In this document: positions 25,621-38,136 of the stretch, one piece after another
Layout: every line of letters starts with the position of its first letter
Numbering within the stretch: position 1 is the stretch's first letter
Assembly: GCF_004010195.1 (NCBI RefSeq)
Contig: NC_057711.1
Span: forward strand, 41,711,581-41,775,580
Length of the DNA: 64,000 bases
Direction: 5' to 3'
From: Chiloscyllium plagiosum
Lineage: Eukaryota
Notes under the pieces: model-generated
What the model saw: only the letters and a program-made list of their open reading frames with translations
The model's database searches: none
What the model was told of the DNA's origin: nothing
Position numbers and translations under genes: made by a program

Positions 25621-27520
25621 CCATTATTCTTTACAAGTGCTACTTGATAGCAGTATTCATAACTACTTCTTTCACTTTACTAGTGGTCTACAGTGGACTT
25701 ATAATGCTGTAATTGGCTGGTTGCATTTGTTCTTCCTACATGTCAACAGGACAGAGACAGCACTAGGTCATTTTCCATACTGTCGGCCTTTGCTGTGACT
25801 GTACTGGAACAGCTTGGTTTGAGACTTGGCAAGTTCAGGAGTACAGGCCTTCTTCACTATTACTGCTGGAATGTTGTTAGGGCCCATCACCTTTACAGGA
25901 TCCAGTGTCTTCACCTATTTCTTGATACTATAGGAGTGAATTAAATTGGTTGAGAACTGTCAACCGTGCTGTTGGGATCCTCTGGAAGAGGTTGAAATGA
26001 ATCATCCATTGGCATTTCTGGCTGAAGATGGATGCAAATAGTTGAGTCTTGTATTTTGCACTGATGTGCTGCGCCTCCCAATTGTTCAGGATTTGTGGAG
26101 TTTGTTCTTCGATGTTTAATTCAATGATTATGGAGTCATAGTTATAGAGATGGACAGCACGGAAACAGACCCTTCAATCAAACTTGTCCATGCCGACCAG
26201 CTATCCTAAATTAATCTAGTCCCATTTGCCAGCATTTGGTCCATATCTCTCTAAGCCCTTCCCATTCATGGACCCATCCAGATACCTCTTAAGTGTTGTG
26301 ATTATACCTGCCTTCACTTCCTCTGGCAGCTCATTCCCTACACATATTACACTCTGTGTGAAATCGTTGCCCCTCAGATCCTTTTTAAAACTTTCCCCTC
26401 TCACCTTAAAACTATGCCCTCTCGTTTTGGACTTGCCTAAAGTGGAGAAAAAAGGCCTTGGTTATTTACCCTATCTGTGCCCCTCATGATTTTACAACCT
26501 CTATAAGGTCACCCCTCAGCTGTAGGAAATAGCCGCAGCCTATTCACCCTCTCCCTATAGCTCAAACCTTCCAACCCTGGCAACATCCTTGTAAATCTTT
26601 TCTGAACCCTTTCAAGTTCTCAAACATTACACTCTTAAGGTACATTTAAATCAGCTGAATTTATTGCTAAAAGATGGCACATTTACTTACATCTACTATA
26701 CCTTTGTAGGAACAGGTTATAGTCCAATCTGGTGTTGTGCGATTTTTAACTTTGTCAACCCCAGTCCAACACCAGCACCTCCAAATCATTTGTAGGAATG
26801 GACACACAGACTAATTAGTGAGGTTTCCCCTTAGCCTCCTCATCCCTGCATGTCATGCAGCCTGGACATAACATTTTTGGTCCAGTGACCATTCTTCAGA
26901 ATGGGTCAGATGTTTGTTTCAGCAGTTTCCAACATCTGCAGTTCTTTGGTTTAGTTTAAGTGTGAGCAGATGGTTGTAGCATGACTTAGGTCCATCTATT
27001 GCATACTTTGTATGTTATTTAACATGCAAGTGATCTCGTGTTGTAACCAATTTGACTTGTCATTTTTAGCATATCCTCCTGCACACTTCAGTGAGCTAGA
27101 GTTGATCTCCTACCTGTTGATAATGGTAGATTGAGGGATATGTTTGACCAGGAAGTTACAGATTGTGGTTTAATACAATTCTGTTGCTGCTGATGGCCCA
27201 CAGTGTATTGTGATGCCCAGTGTTGAGTTGTGAGATCTATTCAAATTTTGCCTCATTTAGCATGCTGATAGTGTTATACATGGCAGGTATCCTCAAAATT
27301 AAGAAGGGACTTTGTCTCCACAATGACTATATGGAGTCTGTCACTGCTACTGTCCAACCGAAATGCATTTGTAACAGACAGATTGAGGAGGACAAGGTCA
27401 ATTTCTTCTCTTGGAACCCTCCCTATTTGCTGCAGACTTAGTCTAGCAGCTTGGTCCTTTGTAACTCGTCCAGCTTGGCCAGACGTACTAACAAACCACA
27501 ATTGGTGATGAACATTAAAG
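25620..27520 (-). mobile_element. Decayed internal portion of the second LINE family, interrupted by a CR1 3' end (26130-26622) and Penelope-derived pieces
   Basis: LINE endonuclease and RT-linker-like DNA. ORF 26216-26404 (-) RGESFKKDLRGNDFTQ...GPNAGKWD marks the nested CR1. Confidence 0.55.
26713..26788 (+). mobile_element. 76-bp family A mini-insertion with a short 5' inversion
   Basis: 10-bp TSD TTTGTAGGAA (26703-26712, 26789-26798). The first 15 nt (caggttatagtccaa) are inverted relative to the family A tail. Confidence 0.8.
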
Positions 27521-28244
27521 CCCCAATATTAATCAAATGGTGCAAGACTGGCAGGTTTTTTTATCCTGAGTGTTAATGAGTCAGTTAGGGTTTTACAATA
27601 ATTTGACAAATTTACAGTCACCTTTTTGATGCTACCTTTTATTTCCAGTGTTTTTATACTGAATCCATGGTGCACTTAAACATTATCTCTGGATTATTAG
27701 TTCAGAATTATAACTACTACTTTACTGAGGGAGTGGCTTAAACATGATTAAAAGAATTTGGATAAGACTTTGAAAAGGGAAAATCTAAGTAGATAAATGG
27801 GAAGAAGGACAGCTTGGGATAGCTCCTGTTAAAGAGCTAAATAATTTTAATTCACCTGTTCAGTCATTTAACAGGCTATAACACCCTTCGGGCATAGGTG
27901 GGAGTTGAACCCAGATCTTCAACCCCAGAAGTAGGGACATTACCACTGAATTACAAAACCGTACAAAGAGATGAAGAGAAATGTAGTTGACATGTTCAAA
28001 CTATGTGGAGAAATCCCAATGGATTTGAAACTCCTCAGCTTAACTACTTAGTCATAACGACAGGCTGAGCCTATTGCACCTGTATTCCCTTTGACATATT
28101 AACCAGGCCTGAGATTACTTCATTTTTGAGATCAGATAAGATTGGGTATTTTCAGAGTAGAGTGACTGGAGAGTCATATTAAACTTGGATGTGATGATCT
28201 AATTGGCAACTTGTGTTTCAAATTCTGTTAATGGCCAAACAATA

Positions 28245-28655
28245 TAGATTAGATTAGATTCCCTACAGTGTGGAAACAGGCCCTTCAGCCCAACCAGTCC
28301 ACTCCGACCCTCCAAAGAGTAACCCACCCAGACCCATTTCCCTCTGAATAATGCACCTTGTGGGCGGCATGGTGGCACAGTGGTTAGCACTGCTGCGTCA
28401 CAGCGCCAGAGACCCGGGTTCAATTCCTGCCTCCGGCGACTGACTGTGTGGAGTTTGCACATTCTCCCCGTGTCTGCGTGGGTTTCCTCCGGGTGCTCCG
28501 GTTTCCTCCCACAGTCCAAAGACACTCAGAGGAAACCCACGCAGACACAGGGAGAATGTGCAAACTCCACACAGACAGTCGCCCGAGGCTGGAATTGAAC
28601 CTGGGACCCTGGCGCTGTGAGGCAGCAGTGCTAACCACTGACCCACCGTGCCGCC
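28245..28655. mobile_element. Composite HE1-type SINE: - strand copy interrupted by a + strand 5' half (28362-28522)
   Basis: Tail (TTAGA)n at 28245, + strand head at 28362, - strand head at 28523-28655. Confidence 0.85.
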
Positions 28656-28669
28656 TCGTTCATAGGAAG

Positions 28670-29460
28670 GAGGCTAGCTGTAGACTGCAGGAAGATAGCG
28701 CTGGATTAGTCAGGTGAGTAGAGAAGTGGCAAAAGGAATTCATCTTTAAGAGATGATGCATCTGGGGTGTGAAACCAGACATGGTAGGAGAATACTGAGA
28801 GGTATAGAGCCGGTGGGGGACCTTAGAGTGAATGCCCACGAGTCCTGATTTTGAAGATAGTAGGGCAGGCCATCAAGGCGGATCAGACTGCATCTGGAAT
28901 CCTCTCCTGTGTTAGCCAAGTTATAAAATGTAAGAGCAGGAAGGCTTTTGCTGAAACTGAATAAATAATTAATTAGACCACAACTTGAGTACTGTTTTTT
29001 GATTCTGATCGCTACGGAGGAGATGTACAAGCATGTTGCCAGGATTGCAGCTCTGAGGAAAGACTGGTATTGTTCTTCAAACTGAGGAGGCTGATGGAGA
29101 TTTTGTTTGAGATGTGAGGGGGCATGAGAGAGTGGATGTGAAGGGTCCACTTACCTTTCCAGAAAGGTCAGTGTCCAGAGAGCACAGACGTGAAGTGATT
29201 GATTGCTGGATTTGATGGGAGATAAGGGAAAATATAATTTCACCAGGCATTGACAGGGTTCTTGGAACCCACATCCTGAAAGAGAAGTGGAGATGGTAAC
29301 CCTTAATTCTTTTTAAAAGGTGATGGGGCTGCATCTTGAGTGAACAACTACAAGATTCTGGTCCAAATGCAAGAAAATGGGATTAAACTGGGTTATTTAA
29401 TTTCAGCTGACGCAGTCACAATTTTTTTTTTGAATTGGCTTCTTTTGGTGCTGTAAAGTT
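28670..29460 (+). mobile_element. Old CR1 3' fragment
   Basis: Degenerate LQED..GLVR...KWQ and LIRPQLEYC motifs, plus 3' UTR. Confidence 0.65.
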
Positions 29461-31199
29461 GGATGAATTGAGTGCATATAGTGTAACTGTTAAAAGGATT
29501 AAAGGATGAAGATGGATTTTGGAAAACAAATATGTTGTAAGTCTAAGAAATATTGCTTTGGCCATGACTTTGCAAGCTTTATTGAGGTGTAATTCGGGTT
29601 ATTTGAGACAAATTGAGACCATATTTTGCAGCTTTCCCAGGCAATGTTACAAAATGTTGTGAAATGTTGTGATGGAAGAGAAGAAATACTACTTTCATAT
29701 ATGGGAAAGCAAAATTTTCAAATTAGCTCAGTGGAAGCATTGAGACAATGCCACTTTTGTGTTTCTAACTTCGAAATTCACTTTGAGATTAGCTATGTTG
29801 AAACAGGAACTCTCAAGAGAATTTTTAGATTTTCTACTGTTTGAATCATGACTTCAATTTATAGTTTTCCATGGAAAAGAGAAATGCAGCCAAATTAGAA
29901 GTTTCTGGTAGAGAAGGAAGAACTGAATAAGGTAGTGTGAGAATGGGCTTGGTTTAGCTTAGCATAGTTTGGACTTGTTTTCACAAATGAAACAGTTCAA
30001 AGACTGTCACAAAAGGGCAGTTTGTTTGTGTCGACAAAGGGAGTTGGAGGCCACCCATTCCACAAAGTTGGACAGGAAGAAAGTGTCCAATCTGAAGTAA
30101 AGACACTCAGCTGTGACTCACTTACAGAGGAAGTGTCATTAAGTTTGGAGAAAGAATGGAGCACATAGCAATTGAAGCAATTGAGGTGGCTTGAAGGCTG
30201 AGCATACGTTTTATCGCAGCTGAATGGTTGGCAAATGAATAGCATAAAACAGTGAATAAATTCATTTGATAAAAGAACATGCACATTGTATGCTGCCTGG
30301 CAGAATAAAATTTAATGACAGAATAAATCACTGTAAGCAATTAGTCTGTTTGCAATTGCAATAATGGAAAACTAGTTAGTACAAACTTAAATTAAGCCAC
30401 ATAGTACCAAGTGTGGAAGTGTTATAGTTTACATGTGCGGTTCAGTTCAATGGAGCTTATTCAGTAAATATGCTGAAGAATGCTTCTGTTATACAATAGT
30501 TATTAAGATGTTTCAATCTCTCTTCCACATCATTCCTCATTTTTGAAGATCTTCAATGAAACTGGAAATAAGCTCTATTGTATACTTGGAACAGTAGAAA
30601 ACTGTTCTACAGCAATGGAAAATTGATTTTATCTAGGTTAAGTTCTCAGTTTACATGTTTATAATCACAGTGGTATTATATGCAGATTTGCTTTACAATA
30701 CAAAACCTGTAAACCAGTGAATGATGTAAAATTGCGTCTTGAACAATCAAAGTCAATTATTCAAAATCTTTCAGTATTTTTCAAGTCTTGGCCTGGCTCC
30801 AGTAGGCTGCATAAAGCTCTATTGAATTTTATTTTCATTTTATTAAAATAACTTTATGGCTCTCCTCAATTGCATTGAATCTCCCATTGTTGTATCCTGC
30901 TACTGCTCAAAATTCTGTAGCATGGAAATCGATTTCACTCAACCTGGAGCACAGTGCATGTCAGAGAGCAAAAGGAACATGCAATGGAGTGGGCCAATAT
31001 CAAGAAAGCAATTCAAGGCTCTGTGAAAGCTGCCAGTCACTAATCGGAGGAGAAGGAGACACCACATACCTCCCTTAACACAATGATTAGGAAATCCAGT
31101 AGATAAGTGGAAATGGGCTGTAGTATTTGCAATCACCTTCAGCCAGAAGTGCCCCCTCAGGTTACCACTATCATTTAATTCAGACAATTCATTCCACAT

Positions 31200-33060
31200 A
31201 TTATTAAGAAATTAAAAAAATGTGAAAAAGGAGTAAAGTAGGCCATTTGCCTCAAAGCATGCCCCACCATTTTACGAGATCATAGTGATCTGCTTGAGAC
31301 TTCAACTATTCTTTCATGCCAGACCAGTAATGTTTGAAATTCTCCCATTAACGGAAACATCTTCTCAACATCTACCCTATCAAGCCCTCTAAGAAGTTTG
31401 CATGTTTCAATAAGATTACCCCCCCCCCCCCGCCATGGCCATCCACCCCACTGTTCTTCTGAAGTCTAATGAATAAAGGCCATTCTTGATAATTCGGTCC
31501 CCTCGTCCCAAGAATTAGCCTGGTAATTCACTATTGAACAGCCTTCAATGCTAGTATATTATTTTTCAAATATGGGGACTAAAACTGTGCACGGTACTCC
31601 AGCTACCTATAAAGTTGTTATAAGATTTACCTGTTTTTAAATTCCAACCCCCTAGCAATAAGGGGCCAAAATCCATCTGCTCCCTTAATTGAGTATAAAA
31701 GTTGGCAGTCATGATAAAATTGCACAAGGCATTGGTTCGGCCACATTTAGAATACTATGTACAGTTCTGGTCACCACATTACCAAAAGGATGTGGATGCT
31801 TTGGAAAGGATGCAAAGAAGGTTTGCGAGGATGTTACCTGGTAAGGAAGGTGCTAGCTATGAAGAGAGATTGAGTAGGTTAGGATTATTTTTATTGGAAA
31901 AAAGGAGATTATGGGGGGATCTGATTGAGGTCTAAAAAATCATGAAGGGTATCGACAGGGTAGATAGAGATAAGCTTTTTTCCAGGATGTGGGATTCAAT
32001 AATGAGAGGTCACTTGTTCAAGGTGAAAGGAGAAAAGTTTAAGGGGGATACATGCAGCAAGTACTTTACACAGAGGGTGGTAGGTGCCTGGAACACGTTG
32101 CCAGCAGAGGTAGTAGATGCAGGCACGGTATATGCGTTTGGACAGATGCATGAGTAGGTGGGGAAGCAGAGGGATAGGAATTGGGTGACAAGTTTAGACA
32201 GTGGATTTAGATCAACACAGGCTTGAAGGGCTGAAGGGCCTGTTGCTGGGCTGTAAATTTTCTTTGTTTCTTTTTCTTTGTTTAATTAATTATGTGCTAA
32301 TGGTTTTGTGTTTCATGCTCAAGCACTTCCAGGTGCTTTTGTGCTACACTTTTTTTGGAGTCTTCCTACCAAAATGCATGACCTCAAACTCCATCTGCCA
32401 AAAGTTTGCTCATTCACTCAATCTATCTATATCCCCTTACTGATTCCTTATGCCCTCATCTCAAAATGTCCTCCCACCTATTTTGTATCATCAGCAAATT
32501 TGCAGAAAACTACACTCTGCCTCTCCTCCGAGTCAATAATTGTAGCCCAAGAACTGAAACTTGTGGTACCCCACTGTCCAACCTGAGAGATCCATTAATC
32601 ACAGCTGTCTCTTGGTAACCTCAATCCATGCGAACAAATTACCCCTAATACTGTTACCTTATGTAATAATATTTTGTATGGCACATTAGCAAATGCCTTC
32701 GGAAATCCAAATACACTACATTTGCTGGTTTTCCTTTATCAACTCTACTTGTTTTATCCTCAAAGAATATCATTGTGTCCTGGTAATTTACCCAAATGTA
32801 ATCCCATTAGTTTATCAAATACTTTACCCTTTGTGATAGACTGTTAGAAGGTCATTTCTTCCATTAACACCTTGCTTATCTGTTACTTTTGAGATGTTAA
32901 TAGTGCCCTCCACTGTGAAGACTGGTGCAAAATATTGGTTTAAATAATCTGCCATTTCCCTGTCCTTCCAGGTCCAACATTTAATTTAATGACTCTCTTT
33001 TTAAAGAGCTATAAAAGCACTGTGATTCATCTTTGCCATCAAGTCCTTTTTCACTGGAAT
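31200..33060. mobile_element. Nested CR1 fragments (+ strand copy at about 31690-32270 within a - strand host)
   Basis: ORF 31702 LVRPHLEYYVQFWSPHYQKDVDALERMQRRF and ORF 31942 FTQRVVGAWNTLPAEVV. Confidence 0.8.
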
Positions 33061-33074
33061 AAATTTTTGCTGAA

Positions 33075-33764
33075 TGTTACGACATGGGGTAAACTGTCCT
33101 GCTTAATTTAAACCAGCAACATAGAAAAATGTATTCCGTGCAGTCATCTGTGAAAATTTGAGAGGCAAAGAACTGTTTAAAGTAAAAATTAACAACTTTA
33201 TTTTTTAAAGTATAACAGAGAATGATTAACTAACAACTAATTACAACTCCTTCCTCAAACCTACCCCTTCTACAATACTAGTTAGATAAAATACCCAATT
33301 AAGATTTCCAAAACAAAACTTCTTAACTCAAAACCAGGCAGCTTTCGGTTCTTCTCTATATTATGGTCTTCTTTTCTTCTTCTTGGGTATTCTGCTTCAC
33401 AGGTTACTGATTGATAAAGGTACTTTTAAGAGAACTATTTTTTCAGGCAGTCTTTACATACTGGTAGCTTGGCAGTTCTCCTTTCAACTATTCAATTTTC
33501 CCTGGTCTTGTACCCCCAAAGCATTGGATTGTGTCATTGGTTTTTAAGATTGTCAATATACTAAATTCAAACTTTATTGGAATTTGGTATTTTTGGGATA
33601 TAATTTAAACTTATTGGCTGAATTCGAATTTGTTTTTTGTCTCAAAGCAACTCAGTCAGTGCTATCTGCTCTGAACCAAATGTTACATTGTAAATTCTCC
33701 AGCACTTGGTAGAGAAGTCCTTCACTCTCTTAAAAGTACAGTACACTTCTCCACCTTCATAACA
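33075..33764 (-). mobile_element. Solo LTR (690 bp)
   Basis: Termini TGTTACGA...TCATAACA (7/8 inverted) and 5-bp TSD CTGAA (33070-33074, 33765-33769). AATAAA on the - strand near 33200 suggests the orientation, which is less certain. Confidence 0.85.
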
Positions 33765-35004
33765 CTGAACATTGTGAAATAACTCTTTAAATATCTGCCA
33801 CTGTTCATTCACTGATTTTCCTCTTCATTTAGATGCCCAGTCTGCTTTCGACAATTCTGTCTTTCATAGTTAGACAATAAGAGGTAGGAGCAGAACTCGG
33901 CCATTAGGCCCATCAAGTCTGCTCCACCATTCAGTGACACGGCTGATCTGACCAACCTCAACTCCGTTTTCCTGCTGTATCCGTATAACCCTTGAATCCC
34001 TTAATTATTAGAAATCTGGATATCACAGCCTCAAGTATAGTTGACTATTCTCTGTGGTAAAGAATTCCGCTGGTGGGACTTGAATCTGGCCCTCCTGGCT
34101 CAGAGCTTCATGTATTCAGGGAGCCTGCAGATGACTCCTGTCTGTGACATTTACCTCTTGCTATTCCTTATTTCCACCTAAACTGATACCGAATCACATT
34201 AGAGGTGCAATAAATTACTGGTCACCACTGCACCAATACCATTGTTTGTTGACACTATCTTTCCCATTTGTGTCTTTTTCTAGGATATTGAATAGCTTGA
34301 ATACCGAATTCCCACAGTCCAAGTCAGCCTGAAGCTACGTCTTTGTAACTGGTATCAAGTCATATTTATTTCTTTCTATTTGTGCCATAAACTTATTTAT
34401 CCTGTTACAATTGCTGTATCCTTTTGGACAAAGAGCCTTAAGCTTTGATTTTTTTCACCCCCATTATTATTCTCCCTCCAGTTTTAATTTCTGCTGCAGT
34501 CTTCACATCTTTACTGATATGCAGTTTTGCTCTGTGGTTTCTTTTTTGATTTTTAAACTTCTCTTCGCTTGAACTCCCACCCCCTCTATTTAGTTTAAAG
34601 TCTTATTTACGACCCTAGTTTTATGATTCGGCAGGACACTGGTCTCAGCATGATTCAAATAAAGGTCCTCCAAATGGTACAGCGCTCTCTTTCCCCATAT
34701 TGATGACAGTGCCCCTTGAAGCAGAATCCATTTCTCCCACACCAATCTTTAAGCCACATATTTACCTCTAATCTTATTTACGCTGTACCAATTTTCACAG
34801 CATGTGTCGTCATCCAAAGGTTATTCCTTTGTGGCTCTGCTTTTTAATTTAGCATCCGGCTGCTTCTAACCTATCAGTGGAACCACTTTCCTAATTCTAC
34901 TTACATCCAGCCCAGAAGAGTTGTCTTTAATCTAGGCATCAAGTAACCAACATAGTCTTTCGGACACTCTCTTTGCTGCAGAAAACGGTAGAAGTTTGCC
35001 TATA

Positions 35005-35850
35005 TGACTGGCAATGCTGGAAACAGCAAAGCCTATGGACTCTGACAATATCCTGACTGCAGTAGTGAAGACGTCCTCCAGAATTAGTTATGCCCTAACA
35101 ATGATGTTCTACTCTAACTACAACAAAGGTATTTATCCAGCAGTGTAATTTTGTCCTGTCAAAGAAAGAGCATGAATAATCCAATAATTACTGTCCTTTT
35201 GGTGTACTTTCCGTCAACTGCAAAGGTATGGTAAGAGTCATTGCCAGTACTATTAAGTAACATTTAATTGAGCATTGGTGAGCAAATTATTGCTAAGATC
35301 CAGGATAGCTGTTCAGTTCCTAACTTCACTACAGCTTTGATTCAACCATGAACAAAAGAACTGAATTCCAAGGATCAAGTGAGAGTGGCTCCTCGATATC
35401 AAGGCAGCATTTGACCATGTCTAATGTTAAGGAACCTTCAAAAATTGAAGTTAATGTGAACTGGAGAAAACTCTCCACTGTTTGGAGCACAAAGAAAGAT
35501 GGTTATGGTTGCTGGAGGCCTATTGTGTGAGTCCCAAGATACACTGCAGTTTTCGTCAAATTATGGCCCTTGTTCTGCTCATCTTTGGTTACTTCATCAA
35601 TGACTTTCCCTCATCCATAAGGTCAGAATTGGGAATTTTTACTGATTATTGAGACAGTGTTCAGCACCATTCACAGCTGCTTAGATAATAAAAAAAATAT
35701 AAGAACGCATGTTTGGGACAGGTGGGACTTGAACTCACTTATTCTTGCCCAGAGATAGAGATGCTGCCAGTGCACCACAAGAGCCCTCTGAAGCAATTGT
35801 ACTCTGTACAAAAAGGGCTGAATAACATTCAGATTTGTGTTGATAATTAA
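35005..35850 (+). mobile_element. Decayed RT region of the second LINE family, with a short tRNA-derived insert (about 35715-35790, -)
   Basis: LDIKAAFD motif (ctcgatatcaaggcagcatttgac) and FINDFPS..RSELG motif. Confidence 0.6.
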
Positions 35851-38136
35851 ATGAGTGAGGAGATATAGTTGTAAATAATGGCTGCCTGTAGCCGAGCCTA
35901 TATCCTGATTATTCCAACTTAATATTGCATATAGATACCCAGTGAGACACAATTGTACATAGTTGAAAGAATGACACTGAAAGCATATTTGGTACAATGG
36001 AGGAATTCAACCTCAACAAAGAGGACTAGTATAATTTTGAATGAAAGGCTACACATTTGGCTCAAAATTAATAACATAAGGGATGAAGCAAAATAAATGT
36101 TTTTCTCATCTTGATAAGGGAAAATGATAATGAGGTGGTATCAAATCAGTAAACTCTTTAGATTTTAGTTGTATGGGCTGTTATGAAATTTATCAAGTTC
36201 TTGAGTTGTATAGTGTCATGAATAAGAATGAGATTGCACTAAGAGTCAAAGGAAACTGTGATGCAGTGCAAATATTGGAAATTGCATTCTTGAATTAAAG
36301 AAACTTTCTTGTTACTTTGGATTTGGCACAATTTAATGAACATGTTTGTGGGAGGCCGAAGAGTAAAAAAAAATGTAGTCCAAGCTTTTCAACAGTGATA
36401 ATAAGATGAGATGAAATGAAATGAAAGAAGACCTGTAATGGGGCCACTGTTATGAAAATCACAGAGTGGGTGCAAATTGCAAAGGGGTTTTCCTCATTCT
36501 GTGGGGAGGTCCATTGTATTTCAGTGGTTCCAGGCAATGGCAGCCACATTCCCAGTCTGAGTCTGAAATTTAGATATTATTGTTGTCATGGTAGCCACCA
36601 AGATTTAATTGCCCTATTTCAAATCAAACTGTTCTGCCTGGGGAAAAGTCCGTTATACACAGAATGTTGGAGGAGAGAAAACTGTAGTGTTCTAAGATAC
36701 AATCAAACACTAAGTTGCAACCATGCATCAGATTAAAATTGTAGTAAATTCAAAGCTGATTCAGAAATCTGGAAGTCTTTGAAAATGCTTTCAGTTTTTA
36801 TATCTGCTATTTGAAATAATATTGAGTAACAAGATGGAGAATTGTATCCCATCAGAGACTAAGAAAATGACTACATGAAGGATAAAAGGAAAGAAATAAT
36901 TCTACCTCCAAATTAAATGCAAAAAATCAGAGTTTGATAACTTACTTTGATCATTGACACTGCTTTAACTATCATTGTTAGCTCAGAGGAGAGTACAAGA
37001 ACTTCCTTGGTCATATTTCCTGATGCAAAACTGTTTAGTCCAATAATAGTATTCCCATGTTGGGTGAAGTTTGGATGCATCATCATATTCCACTTGATTT
37101 CTTGCCATTGGTACTAGAAGGAAGGAACAAAGTGTCCCTGATGAAAAGAAATTGGCTTAAGAAGGTTAAACAGGCTTAAGCTACTTTCACATGATCAGTA
37201 AGAGTGTCTGTCGTTGAAGAATTCTAAGAAAGCACAAATAGTCTTTGAGCAAAGTGGACTAAATAATAAAATCAGCCAGTGGTGGGATATTAAACATTGA
37301 AAATCAACAGATTCTGTAAATTTGAGTGTTACTGAGATTTCCTTTAATGGCTGATTCAGTTCTAGCTGCTGAATTATATAGTACCTATGATTTACTTGAT
37401 ATGAAAATTGCACGCTGGTTTCTGCCAGAGAAATTAGTGAAGAAACTTGCAAGGATATGGTACTCAGTGAAGTGTTCAATTACATCACAAATAGATGGCC
37501 ACATCATGAAAACATAGGTTTGAAGGACTAATCTTCAAATTGTGACCACCCTGCAATTCAGTTAGATTATGGCTCAATTTGCTACACGATCATCATATCC
37601 TTTTTTTCTCATTAATCTTCAGAAGCTTATCAATTTCTCTCTTGAACCAGCCCAATGATTGTGCAGACTCTCTTTGTTAAAGAATCCAACTATGCGCCAC
37701 ATTCAGAGTGAAAAAAAATTCCTCATCTCAATCATAAATAGCCAAACCTTTATCCTGAGATTAAGTCCCTTGTTTCTCAAGTCACCATCGAGGGGAACCA
37801 TCCTGTTTGCATCTACCCTGTCATGTCCTATAAAAATTCTAATAATAGCATCAATTATTATTCAAAACTCTAGGGAACCCAGACCTAGTTTCCTCAATCC
37901 TGAGAAGGCAAGACTCCCCCTGGAGTGAGACATGAACCAATACCTTCTAAGTCAATGTGAATGTGTTACCATCTGAAACATTGCTGTCATTTTATTGAAA
38001 TTGCAAATAGCTTCTACAATTGAAAGACTAACTGAAAATAGTTATACTATAAATACCATTTATTTGAAACATGGTAAATGATATTTCAATGAATCAGAGT
38101 TAGTTTGTATTATTACACTCAATTATAGCTTGAGCT

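Noticed and set aside
27890-27960. tRNA-like sequences on the - strand here and near 34070 and 35715
   Set aside because: Degenerate SINE-type heads without a valid cloverleaf; not tRNA genes.
29865-29931. Possible small exon (tttatag...AAG|gtagtg)
   Set aside because: Stops in all three frames from that acceptor and a weak donor; cannot be supported without RNA data.
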